Below, in pieces: positions 16,993 to 25,930 of a stretch of DNA of 29,291 bases. Where the stretch lies: positions 1-29,291 of the forward strand of contig JAPNQO010000080.1 of assembly GCA_027251445.1 (NCBI GenBank), read 5' to 3'. A model generated the notes under the pieces. That model ran no database searches and was not told the DNA's origin. It saw only the letters and a list, made by a program, of their open reading frames with translations. Positions within the stretch are counted from its first letter, which is position 1. Each line of letters starts with the position of its first letter. Position numbers and translations under genes: made by a program. Source of the DNA: Fidelibacterota bacterium. GTDB lineage: Bacteria; Fidelibacterota; Marinisomatia; Marinisomatales; TCS55.

Positions 16993-18442
16993 TTTCATCT
17001 CCTTCCTCTTCAATTTCAATATTATCTTTTTCGGTATCATCTTTTTCATTATCCTCATCAACTGATCGTTCTACATCAAACATTGCTTTCGTTTTTGTAA
17101 TACCCGCTACTTCGCCTCTAACTACCGAAGGCGTGATTTGAATAATCAAATCCATCTTCTTTTCTAAAACATCTTTACTTGTAAATAATTTTTCACCTAC
17201 GACTGGAAGCTTATGTAAGAATGGAAATTTATATTCTGTATTTTTTCGATCACGACTTATTAATCCACCTATAACTATTGTCTCACTATCTTTTACTCTA
17301 ATTACTGTTGATGAAGATCTTCTTTTCACTCTAGGAATATTCTTATCTGGACCAATAAACTCAAAAATTGAAGAAACTTCAGGTTCAACTTTTACAGTAA
17401 TATCTCCATCCATATTGACAGAAGGCTGAACGCGCATTTTTATACCAACCTCTTCCTTTTGAACTTGCACCTGTCCACCAACGCCTCCAGAACTCAAAAT
17501 ATATGGAACCACATCTACCATTTCAATATATGCATCCCTACCATTTAAAGTTACTAGCTTAGAATCAGCCAATATTTCAGCTTGATTATCTTTCAAAAGA
17601 AGATCAACGGTAAGGTCAAATGCTGTCATCTGCCTACTAAATTTATTTGGTATTAAATTACTTCCACTTAAGCGGTTAAAAATCATTTCAGCAGGTTTCT
17701 CCTCAAAAGGTAAACCGGCATATGTCTCTGTAACTCCATCCCCTGACTCATTTGCATTTTGAGTTAAGCCTGGAACTGAACTACCTGCGCCCGCTAATCC
17801 TGATGGCGCATTCCCATTCTCTGCAAAAATATTTGTATAATGCGCTAACTTAGACCAATCTATTCCTAGCTTTTCCTCAGCATCGACAGCCACCTCAATT
17901 AATCGAACTTCTAACATTATTTGCAATGCAGGAACATCAATTTCTTTAATAGCTTCTTCAATTTCTGCAATCCTCTTTGGAGAAGCATTAATTAATAATT
18001 TATTACCTGAAACATCAACTTGAATCTTATCAGTAAGGTCCTGAAGAAGGTCTTTTAATTCCATCGCATCAGCATATTTTAACTCAACAACATGGGAGGT
18101 TATCCCTACTTCTTCTGCAAGTTTTTTCGGTTCGGCTATTAGAAAAGAATTACCTACAATTTCATAACTTAAGCCCACAGCCCGTACAACTAAATTGATA
18201 GCTTGTTGAATTGGAACATCGTCAAGGTGAATAGTTAGCTGTTCTTGACGATTAACATTTGGATCAGTAACAATATTGTATCCACTTTCTCGAGCCAAAA
18301 TTGATAGAATACCTGGCAAATAGGCATCTTCAGCGTGAATTGTAACAAGTTTTTCTTCATTTGGATTATCTGATCCTTGAGCAAAAGCTATTTGGACCAT
18401 AATCAATAAAGAAAAAATGAAAATCTTTAAATACTTCATCAT
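16982..18442 (-). CDS. pilQ: Outer-membrane secretin PilQ (short form)
   Basis: Signal peptide, N0/STN domain, N3 (VVELKYADA...N.LLI), QIMLEVRLIEV, LGIDW, VGIKMRVQP, VKDSETIVIGGL and LIIQITP. Follows pilMNOP. Confidence 0.9.
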   Translation of the reverse strand: MMKYLKIFIFSLLIMVQIAFAQGSDNPNEEKLVTIHAEDAYLPGILSILARESGYNIVTDPNVNRQEQLTIHLDDVPIQQAINLVVRAVGLSYEIVGNSFLIAEPKKLAEEVGITSHVVELKYADAMELKDLLQDLTDKIQVDVSGNKLLINASPKRIAEIEEAIKEIDVPALQIMLEVRLIEVAVDAEEKLGIDWSKLAHYTNIFAENGNAPSGLAGAGSSVPGLTQNANESGDGVTETYAGLPFEEKPAEMIFNRLSGSNLIPNKFSRQMTAFDLTVDLLLKDNQAEILADSKLVTLNGRDAYIEMVDVVPYILSSGGVGGQVQVQKEEVGIKMRVQPSVNMDGDITVKVEPEVSSIFEFIGPDKNIPRVKRRSSSTVIRVKDSETIVIGGLISRDRKNTEYKFPFLHKLPVVGEKLFTSKDVLEKKMDLIIQITPSVVRGEVAGITKTKAMFDVERSVDEDNEKDDTEKDNIEIEEEGDENDK

Positions 18443-18978
18443 TAATTTTCTCTCCTTCTTTCATTATCACCAGCGGACATATTGTCTTCTATATCTAATC
18501 CAGCAACAGGATAATGAAATTCTTTATCTTGCTTAGTTATGACGATTTCTGTGGGATCAATCCATACTACTTTTCCCCCAGCAATAGAGTCACCTATAAC
18601 AACTGTATAATTTTTATCTTTATAATTAATTCCTGCATATTTTTGTATGCCATCAATAATATGAGTTACTCTTAATTTTCCTCGATTACGATATCTCAGA
18701 GAACGACCTTTAGAATCTGTAAGATATAGTACGTTCGTTAAACGCATAGGCTCCTCTTCAAGAGTAAATTGATATTTATCTCGATCCTTGATTCGAATCT
18801 CAAGATATTCAATTACCTGCTCTAGCTCTTTATCAGTCCCAAATTGAACATTTTTTGCTCGTTCTTTTGCCTTTGACCATTCCTTATTAGTAGGCATAAG
18901 TTTTATACTTGCAGCGATAATTGATACTAAAGAAAAAAGAATTAATAAAACCCAAATTGTATTTTGCCTAGAATTCAT
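18442..18978 (-). CDS. PilP/GspC-HR-like alignment protein
   Basis: Sits between pilO and pilQ. N-terminal TM. C-terminal beta domain KYAGIN....YTVVIGDSIAGGKVVWIDPTEIVI resembles the PilP/GspC HR fold. Confidence 0.65.
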   Translation of the reverse strand: MNSRQNTIWVLLILFSLVSIIAASIKLMPTNKEWSKAKERAKNVQFGTDKELEQVIEYLEIRIKDRDKYQFTLEEEPMRLTNVLYLTDSKGRSLRYRNRGKLRVTHIIDGIQKYAGINYKDKNYTVVIGDSIAGGKVVWIDPTEIVITKQDKEFHYPVAGLDIEDNMSAGDNERRREN

Positions 18979-19550
18979 GCAGGAACCTTTATTTTAGATT
19001 TAACCATTGTTAATGTTGATAAATGAATTTCAATTATTTGCTCTCGAAGATCCATCTCACTAGCGTTACTTTTTATTCTCTCAATACCATTTTTTACATT
19101 AAACTCATCTATGGTAACTAGCCTTGGAGATTTTTCTAAGTCAGACATAAATTTGCCTAATTGTTCATAAGTACACCGCATTATCACTTCATAGGGAGCA
19201 GCAATATATTTTGGCTTCTCAACTCGTGGCTTAGGTTTAATATTTAATAATGTTATTCCATGCATATTTACCATTTCCATTAAATTTTTCATAAATGGTA
19301 AACTTGCATCATCTGCTAAAGAATCTTGCTTAGAAAGAGCAAGATTTTGTTCAAAAAGCGTATAAACTTCTTCTACCCTGCTTGCTAAAATTTGCGCACT
19401 GATAAGTTGTTCATTTAATTCAATTAACTCATCCTCCAAATCCAGGAGGTCATTAGGCTTCTCACTAATCATCCAAGCATGATTTCCCCAGAAACCAATA
19501 CTTAGAAGAATAATTAATAAAGCAAAAATTCCATTTCTTTTAGCCATCAT
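18975..19550 (-). CDS. pilO: Type IVa pilus protein PilO
   Basis: TM + coiled coil + ferredoxin-like domain with PYEVIMRCTYEQLGKFMSDLEKSPRLVTI. Synteny. Confidence 0.85.
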   Translation of the reverse strand: MMAKRNGIFALLIILLSIGFWGNHAWMISEKPNDLLDLEDELIELNEQLISAQILASRVEEVYTLFEQNLALSKQDSLADDASLPFMKNLMEMVNMHGITLLNIKPKPRVEKPKYIAAPYEVIMRCTYEQLGKFMSDLEKSPRLVTIDEFNVKNGIERIKSNASEMDLREQIIEIHLSTLTMVKSKIKVPA

Positions 19551-20152
19551 GATCTTTTATTCCTTTTCTTTTTAGAACTAGGTTTTATAGCTGCCTCTAC
19601 TTCAAAATGAACTATCTCCTGTCCGCGAACTTTTTTTAATGACCCTTGACGAAATTTTATTTTGGGAAATCTATTTGAAAACTCAGAATTGCGTTTCATT
19701 CTATTGATATAATCATGTACAACTTCATACTCTTCTTCATCTTTGTACACAACAGAAATGCCTTCTATGTACAGTTTTTTATTCCGTTTATTAAATTTTA
19801 ATCCAGTCAACGCCATGTCATCGGGAGTCATCTTACCTAGCAACTCAAAATTCTTTGCCCACAAAGTTCTACCAGATTCTAAATCTGCAAAGGACATTAT
19901 ATCTTGCTTAGATAAATTTTTACCCTTTGCCTGTAAATCCTGAATCTGTTTTTTTACATCAGTAATCTCATTTTTCTTTTGCACGATTAATCCGCTATAA
20001 CCTGAGCCAATAAAATAGATTATTATATTTGCTGTAAATAATGATAGAATAATTACAGAAAATATTGTCCAACGTGCCCGTTCTTTCCAGCGTTGAGTTC
20101 TTACTTCCTTGCTATCTGTCTTATTAAGGTTAATTTTAATAAAGTTCTTCAT
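19547..20152 (-). CDS. pilN: Type IV pilus protein PilN
   Basis: N-terminal IKINL (PilM-binding INL motif), TM, coiled coil, W....L....PDDMALT. Follows pilM. Confidence 0.85.
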   Translation of the reverse strand: MKNFIKINLNKTDSKEVRTQRWKERARWTIFSVIILSLFTANIIIYFIGSGYSGLIVQKKNEITDVKKQIQDLQAKGKNLSKQDIMSFADLESGRTLWAKNFELLGKMTPDDMALTGLKFNKRNKKLYIEGISVVYKDEEEYEVVHDYINRMKRNSEFSNRFPKIKFRQGSLKKVRGQEIVHFEVEAAIKPSSKKKRNKRS

Positions 20153-21201
20153 TCGTCTAAAAATCCTCTTACAGCTAATCCTGTAGCAACTGCATATTGC
20201 TCTGGATTAGATATTTCAATGTTTTCAAAGCCAGCAAGAGATTGAAAAGGATTAAATAATTCAGTATTAAGACTAAGTTTTTCCTCCATCATTTCTTTTA
20301 AACCTGCAGTTATAGAACCGCCACCACTTATCATTATCTTCGTAAAAAAACTTTGATTTGTAGTTTTTGCATAATATCGAAGCGATCTGCGAACGTCTTC
20401 TATTAGGTTATCAAAGATATTCTTTTCTGCGACAGATATATCGTTCAAATCATTCTCAGAAGTACTTTGAAAACTATTTATTCCATCTTTCATCATTTTA
20501 TCCTCTGCTGATATGTAATCTATATCAAGCTTTTCGGCTAGAGAGGAAACAAAATGATATCCTCCAATAGGTATATCTCTAGTAAAAAATTGATCTTTTC
20601 TACCCCATACAACTAAGGAAGAAGAAACAGAGCCAATATCAAATAAAACGACAGCTCCTTCTTCAGGAAACTCTTTTGAATTTCCAAACGAATTAGATAT
20701 TGCTATAGGATCAGCATCGATAATACCTGGTGTAAATCCAATCTCTTTCAATAATTCTATATGTGCATTAGATACCTTTTTTGTACAGGCAACTAAACCA
20801 ATATCTATCTTATCCACTTCTTTAGGATTTGGACCAAAAACTTGGAAATCAATAACTGCATCTGATCCATCCATAGGGATATGCTTTCTAGCTTCGAAAG
20901 TCATTGATGAAAAGAGTTCATCTTCTGGCATATCCATTGTTGTAATTTGCTTTACGCTTACATTTGTCCCATTAAGACTTGTTATCAAATTCTTTACTCT
21001 CTTGGGATTAATATTCATCTCACGCATTAATTCCCTTACAGCCATTACCCACATGGGTTTAGTAATTAATTCTGGGTCATAAGACTTATTTTGATCTGGA
21101 ACAAGTCGAATACCTGTATTTACAATTTTTGTTCCACCTCTATTTTTTTCTAATAGAACAGCTTTAACAAATTGTCTACCAATATCTAATCCAAGATTCA
21201 T
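20149..21201 (-). CDS. pilM: Type IV pilus actin-like protein PilM
   Basis: LGLDIG, EARKHIP, FDIGS, IPIGG, VRRSLRYY, ISGGGS, NPF and AVATGLAVRG. Confidence 0.93.
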   Translation of the reverse strand: MNLGLDIGRQFVKAVLLEKNRGGTKIVNTGIRLVPDQNKSYDPELITKPMWVMAVRELMREMNINPKRVKNLITSLNGTNVSVKQITTMDMPEDELFSSMTFEARKHIPMDGSDAVIDFQVFGPNPKEVDKIDIGLVACTKKVSNAHIELLKEIGFTPGIIDADPIAISNSFGNSKEFPEEGAVVLFDIGSVSSSLVVWGRKDQFFTRDIPIGGYHFVSSLAEKLDIDYISAEDKMMKDGINSFQSTSENDLNDISVAEKNIFDNLIEDVRRSLRYYAKTTNQSFFTKIMISGGGSITAGLKEMMEEKLSLNTELFNPFQSLAGFENIEISNPEQYAVATGLAVRGFLDE

Positions 21202-23288
21202 TTTGTATCCTTTAGTGTAATTTGATCTACCTCACCATATGATTTAATAATTAATATGGCACCGCCTGTTGAGCTACTACTTGTAGGGTACATAGGAGGA
21301 GGTCCGAAATCGCTAAAATTATAATCATAATGATAATCTTTATCATAACCTATACCTGGCGATACTGGATATGGTCCTGGAGCATTTCTTTTCATATAAC
21401 CCCGTTTATTTTGAGTTACTGAACCCCATAAAATCATTTGTCCTCTAATATCACTATTGCCAGTCACTTGAGGAAAAGCAGATGTGGGATTACGAAATGG
21501 ACCCCTCCCGTCAGCTTTAGAGTTTACAGGACTAGAGAATTCTGGCCCATTTAGATCGTTATTACTAATAGAGTTTTGCCAGTAATGAGCAACGAAAGAG
21601 TCGTTCATAGCTAAAAGTGCACCATTAATAATTATATCTGATCCATTTGCCTGGTTTTTAGCACCATTTTCCGCAGTATTTGCAATAATGATATTTGCTC
21701 CAGAAATAAGCCCTAACCTATTTCTTGTACCATAAACAATTTCTCCGGTTAAGGAATTGGAATCATCATACAATATATCATCCATCAACCAAATATTCCC
21801 CCATACTCTATCTACAATAGAAATGTCATCGTGTCTTCTATATTCAGTATAATTATCTGTTACAATACTAAATTTCCCATCTACTGTTCCACGAACCCTA
21901 ACTTGTCCACCTTTGACATAAATAACTGCAAAATCAGTAAAAAATGTTGTGGGCGGTAAAATATCGGGACTATTATTTATAGGCTCAAAATCAAAATGAT
22001 GAAATCCACTTGATTCACAAACGCTTGTCCCATTATTTGGATGATTATGATAATTTGCAAAGTTATTAAATGGAACTGTATTATCTAAACCACCTTGAAA
22101 AGCTAGAGTAACTTCTTCACCAGATGTAAATGGGTTTGCAAAAAATTGGCCTAAACTTTGAACACCGAAAACAAAAATACCATTTATCTGATCTGTAGTA
22201 GTCATAACGCCTACCCATCCTTTATTAGAATCCGGGTCAGCGGAACGCACTAAAACAGTGTCTCCTATTTCATACATTTCTAGCGTATTGCTAGCATCAT
22301 TTCCTTCTATATCTTCAGAATCAACATATAGTGTATCCATAAAATATACCTGCATGGTAGAGTCAAAAGGACCATCAAAAGCAATACTTTCATTACTTAA
22401 TTGATCAAACTCAAAATCTGTATCCCATTGAAAGTTTGTTGGTGGTGGGCCTGACTCTCCAACAGGCGGAATTAAATACGTCCATTGAGAAGCAATAAAA
22501 CCCCCATTAATAAATTCAATTTCTGTCATAATCAAAGTGTCTTTACCTGTGCTTCGCCAAAGCATATCATCAGCAGTAAAAACATAATTGGCGTTTTCTT
22601 TCGCACGCTGTGTAGCATCATATGGGGGATATACTCTCACTTCAGCAGAATCATCTACAGCACCCCAGTTTTGGTCATTACAATTATTTAAATTTATTCC
22701 TTGCGATGCTGATACGTTAGCCTGTGTGAAGTCTGGACACCCAAATTGACTCATGGTCATCTGACCATTTGTGTGCACCACTCCTTCTAAAATATCACTT
22801 CCTCCAAATGAAACATAGCTCCCAAGCTGTGGACCGCCTCCTGGCTCTTCTGAGTTTGTAAAATACATGAATTTTGAAAAATCTTCTGCAACAAGGTTCA
22901 TTTCAGCCATACGCTCTATTCGAACAGGCTTTCCTAATGTATTACGAAATTCACTTACACCTGAACCCCTTGCATAAAAAATTGTTCTACCATTTTCTTG
23001 GTTAACAAAAGTGGAACAAATTATATTTCTATAATAGCCCATTCCATCTAACAAAACTCCATCTGCAGCTAGAACCACAGACTGATCGATTAATTTAGGA
23101 AGAACTGGTAAGGCTTCTGTATTTATTCCTGTTTCAGCCATCAACAATGCTTTTGATTCTTCAAAACGGTATTTCTGAGTTACAGATGCTGACATAGAAT
23201 ATTTCAAATAGCCTGCAGTAATTAGCATACTAACCATTGTAAAAATAACGGCTGTGGGAGTAGCCATACCTTTAAATGATTTTTTCAT
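21198..23288 (-). CDS. Large PilX/GspK-type tip pilin with ComZ-like (DUF4900-like) domain
   Basis: Class III signal MKKSFKG|MATPTAVIF lacking Glu5, then A...AETGI. Motifs FSKFMYFTNSE, GVVHTNG, LGLISG, WGSVTQ..RG and GY.K.Y.YD....PPPMYP recall Thermus ComZ-family proteins. Confidence 0.7.
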   Translation of the reverse strand: MKKSFKGMATPTAVIFTMVSMLITAGYLKYSMSASVTQKYRFEESKALLMAETGINTEALPVLPKLIDQSVVLAADGVLLDGMGYYRNIICSTFVNQENGRTIFYARGSGVSEFRNTLGKPVRIERMAEMNLVAEDFSKFMYFTNSEEPGGGPQLGSYVSFGGSDILEGVVHTNGQMTMSQFGCPDFTQANVSASQGINLNNCNDQNWGAVDDSAEVRVYPPYDATQRAKENANYVFTADDMLWRSTGKDTLIMTEIEFINGGFIASQWTYLIPPVGESGPPPTNFQWDTDFEFDQLSNESIAFDGPFDSTMQVYFMDTLYVDSEDIEGNDASNTLEMYEIGDTVLVRSADPDSNKGWVGVMTTTDQINGIFVFGVQSLGQFFANPFTSGEEVTLAFQGGLDNTVPFNNFANYHNHPNNGTSVCESSGFHHFDFEPINNSPDILPPTTFFTDFAVIYVKGGQVRVRGTVDGKFSIVTDNYTEYRRHDDISIVDRVWGNIWLMDDILYDDSNSLTGEIVYGTRNRLGLISGANIIIANTAENGAKNQANGSDIIINGALLAMNDSFVAHYWQNSISNNDLNGPEFSSPVNSKADGRGPFRNPTSAFPQVTGNSDIRGQMILWGSVTQNKRGYMKRNAPGPYPVSPGIGYDKDYHYDYNFSDFGPPPMYPTSSSSTGGAILIIKSYGEVDQITLKDTK

Positions 23289-23908
23289 TAACTACCTACC
23301 TGACTACTTACAAGCGATCTTGGACTTATATAACGATTAGGCATAAAAGCTATACGCTGAAACTGTATTAATTCTTTTATAGATCCTCCTTGAGAAACAA
23401 AAGACTCTACTTCGATATCCATATTGATTTCCCAAGTTGAATTAGCATATCGAGCCAAGTTGGGTCTTATAAAATCAACTTCTTCTGCATAAAAATCTTT
23501 TAACGTAATTATACGTTGATTATTATTCCTAAAACGTCCTTTAGTTGGAAAACGTAAATTGCCATCTAAAGGGTTTTGATAATTAAATAATATTCCTTCA
23601 GATGCATTTGCAGTTATTACTGTTGAAGTTTCATTACCAAAAGTATCATATTTTTTTAAGGAGATTCTTGAATAACCATTGATCTGTTCTTTATTGATTA
23701 TTCTAGCTAAACTAATTTCCTTCATTATTTCACGCATCACAGTATTACCATAGTTGTGAACCTCAAGTAAAACACTATCATCCTGGTAATGATAAGTAAC
23801 AGTACGAAGACTAAGACCTAATCCAATCATTACAATTCCTAAAATGACAATTGTAGTAACCAGCTCTATTATTGTTAACCCTGGAGACCATCTTGATACT
23901 TTTTTCAT
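23288..23908 (-). CDS. Minor pilin, PilW/GspJ-like
   Basis: Prepilin motif SPG|LTIIELVTTIVILGIV, helix ending MREIMKEISLA, and position before the PilX-like gene. Confidence 0.8.
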   Translation of the reverse strand: MKKVSRWSPGLTIIELVTTIVILGIVMIGLGLSLRTVTYHYQDDSVLLEVHNYGNTVMREIMKEISLARIINKEQINGYSRISLKKYDTFGNETSTVITANASEGILFNYQNPLDGNLRFPTKGRFRNNNQRIITLKDFYAEEVDFIRPNLARYANSTWEINMDIEVESFVSQGGSIKELIQFQRIAFMPNRYISPRSLVSSQVGS

Positions 23909-24372
23909 AATGGAAACTCCATCATAACCATTTCGATTTCTTCTCGCTTAACTACTTGTTGTGATGGAGTTGAAAAATCTTCCCATTCTATCCAAGATTT
24001 CAATAAATAGCGATCAACATTGCTTGTAGAATCAGTTAATAATCTTGTTATTGGATCATAAAATATTTTTGCAGCAAGCTTTGTCTGACTATGTTGATTC
24101 CCAAACAGGTAAATTGTTTCACCTTGTAAATTTCCTGATCTTTCTACAATAGATAGCTTTCCATCTGCAATTCTTCCCTTCATTGTTTCAACAAAACTTA
24201 ATAATTCTTCAGTAGCTCTTTCTTTTACTGCAATTGCACGTAATTCGCCACGAGCATGTGTCGCACCTACAACCATTCCATATGCAGCGATAGTTACAAT
24301 AAGAACACCAATCATCACTTCAATAAATGAAAAGCCTGATTGATAATTTTTGTTATGATTATTACAAGACAT
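23905..24372 (-). CDS. Minor pilin, PilV/GspI-like
   Basis: QSG|FSFIEVMIGVLIVTIA prepilin motif. Start moved to ATG 24372 to reduce the overlap with pilT. Confidence 0.8.
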   Translation of the reverse strand: MSCNNHNKNYQSGFSFIEVMIGVLIVTIAAYGMVVGATHARGELRAIAVKERATEELLSFVETMKGRIADGKLSIVERSGNLQGETIYLFGNQHSQTKLAAKIFYDPITRLLTDSTSNVDRYLLKSWIEWEDFSTPSQQVVKREEIEMVMMEFPL

Positions 24373-25414
24373 TACTACCGAATAATTTTGGGTTTTCTGC
24401 AATTTGAGCAGCTGCACTACGCTGTATCTTTCCTTGTGAAACTAAACGCTGCAAATCTTGATCTAAAGTCTGCATTCCTTCTACTCCACCCGCCTGCATT
24501 ACAGAAGGAATCTGATAAATGCGATCCTCACGAATTAAGTTTCTGATAGCTGTAGTCGCAATCATAATTTCTAAAGCAGGAATTCTAGATTTTTTATCCT
24601 TTGTTTGAAGAAGCTTTTGGGCAATTACCGCTTCTAAGCTTTCTGACATCATAGAACGAATCTGTCCTTTCTGGCTAGAAGGGAAAATATCTATAATCCG
24701 ATCAACAGCCTTTACTGCACTAGAAGTATGTAATGTCGATAGTACTAAATGACCTGTTTCAGCAGCAGTTAGAGCCAAAGAAATCGTTTCTAGATCCCTC
24801 ATCTCACCAACAAGAATTACATCTGGATCCTCTCGCAGAGCAGAACGAAGAGCATTTGCAAAACTATGCGTAGATGCGCCTAATTCTCGTTGATTAATCA
24901 TGCACTGATTGGAAGAATGAAAATATTCAACTGGGTCTTCAACTGTAATAATATGGCATTCTCTATTTTGATTAATATGGTCGACCATTGCAGCAAGCGT
25001 AGTACTCTTACCTGATCCAGTAGGTCCTGTTAATAATACAAGTCCTCTATCTAGCATAGATAAATTTTCTAATATTGGAGGCAATGCAAGCTCATCAAAA
25101 CCCTTAGGAATTTCAGGAATAGCACGAAAAACAGCAGCAAGACCACGAATCTGTTGAAAGAAGTTTACTCTAAATCTTCCTTTTCCTTCTAAGCGACTAC
25201 TAAAATCAATCTCCTTATTATTATGAAAGTTTTCTATCTGATCATCGTTCATCACCTGAGGTAAAATAGAACTCATATCTTCATCTGAAGTGGCAGACAT
25301 ATTTAATGGTTTCATAATACCATTAATGCGCACCATTGGTATAGACCCCGAACTTAAGTGTAAATCGGAAGCACCTGATTCTAGGGCATAGGATAATAGT
25401 TTATTTATATCCAT
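24362..25414 (-). CDS. pilT: Type IV pilus retraction ATPase
   Basis: ASDLHL, RFRVN, GPTGSGKSTT, ALREDPDVILVGEMRD, AETGHLV.STLH, the diagnostic AIRNLIRE motif, and GMQTLD. Confidence 0.97.
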   Translation of the reverse strand: MDINKLLSYALESGASDLHLSSGSIPMVRINGIMKPLNMSATSDEDMSSILPQVMNDDQIENFHNNKEIDFSSRLEGKGRFRVNFFQQIRGLAAVFRAIPEIPKGFDELALPPILENLSMLDRGLVLLTGPTGSGKSTTLAAMVDHINQNRECHIITVEDPVEYFHSSNQCMINQRELGASTHSFANALRSALREDPDVILVGEMRDLETISLALTAAETGHLVLSTLHTSSAVKAVDRIIDIFPSSQKGQIRSMMSESLEAVIAQKLLQTKDKKSRIPALEIMIATTAIRNLIREDRIYQIPSVMQAGGVEGMQTLDQDLQRLVSQGKIQRSAAAQIAENPKLFGSNVL

Positions 25415-25836
25415 TAACCTTCTCTTTCAGCAGTTCCATACCCTCTATATGATCCAGCTTCTCTGTCAAACTCAACAACTCTTCCCTCTCCACCATTCAT
25501 ATCACCTGTACTCGTTGCAATGATTCTACCACCTTGATCAGATAATTGAAGTTCAAAAATCCATTTACGCTTTGTAGACCTATCTACTTCTAACTGTCCT
25601 GAATTCTCAAGTTCTTCAACGTCAGTTGGCCATTCTCCATATGTTTGATAATACATTTTTGCTGCGTTATCAATATTTCCAATGACACTTTTAGCTTCAG
25701 AAGCTCTTGCGCTCTCTACATAACGAACATAAGTAGGGACAGCAATTGCCGCCAAAATAGCTACTATGACTACTACAACCATAATTTCGATCATAGTAAA
25801 ACCTTTTGCTTGTACTTTTATTTTCTTTCGATTCAT
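25414..25836 (-). CDS. pilA: Type IVa pilin (probable major pilin PilA; a PilE-like role is not excluded)
   Basis: KG|FTMIEIMVVVVIVAILAAIAVPTY..Y..SARASEA, 128-aa mature chain. First gene of the locus, with a GGAGAG RBS. Confidence 0.8.
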   Translation of the reverse strand: MNRKKIKVQAKGFTMIEIMVVVVIVAILAAIAVPTYVRYVESARASEAKSVIGNIDNAAKMYYQTYGEWPTDVEELENSGQLEVDRSTKRKWIFELQLSDQGGRIIATSTGDMNGGEGRVVEFDREAGSYRGYGTAEREG

Positions 25837-25843
25837 GAATAAT

Positions 25844-25849
25844 CTCTCC
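25844..25849 (-). promoter_or_regulatory. Ribosome-binding site of the pilin gene (GGAGAG)
   Basis: - strand reads aacGGAGAGattattcATG. The same hexamer precedes msrA (29042-29047). Confidence 0.7.
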
Positions 25850-25930
25850 GTTAATTATTTATCACGTGGAATTGATTTATACAAAATTCCCCTCGGTAAA
25901 AACCATTAAAAATGATGGAAAATTTGTTTA

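Noticed and set aside
21198..23288. Calling the locus a natural competence system
   Set aside because: No comEA, comEC, comF or dprA in the window, and the ComZ-like protein is strongly acidic. Unproven.
11307..25836. Calling the locus a plain type II secretion system
   Set aside because: PilT with AIRNLIRE and pilM-N-O indicate a retractile type IVa pilus. Only the PilP-position protein looks T2SS-like.
25893..25925. Resemblance of GGTAAAAACCATTAAAAATGATGGAAAA to the c-di-GMP-I riboswitch P1/P2 region
   Set aside because: It lies on the strand opposite the pilin operon and lacks the GNRA loop, the GCAAAG junction and P3. An Infernal scan would settle it.
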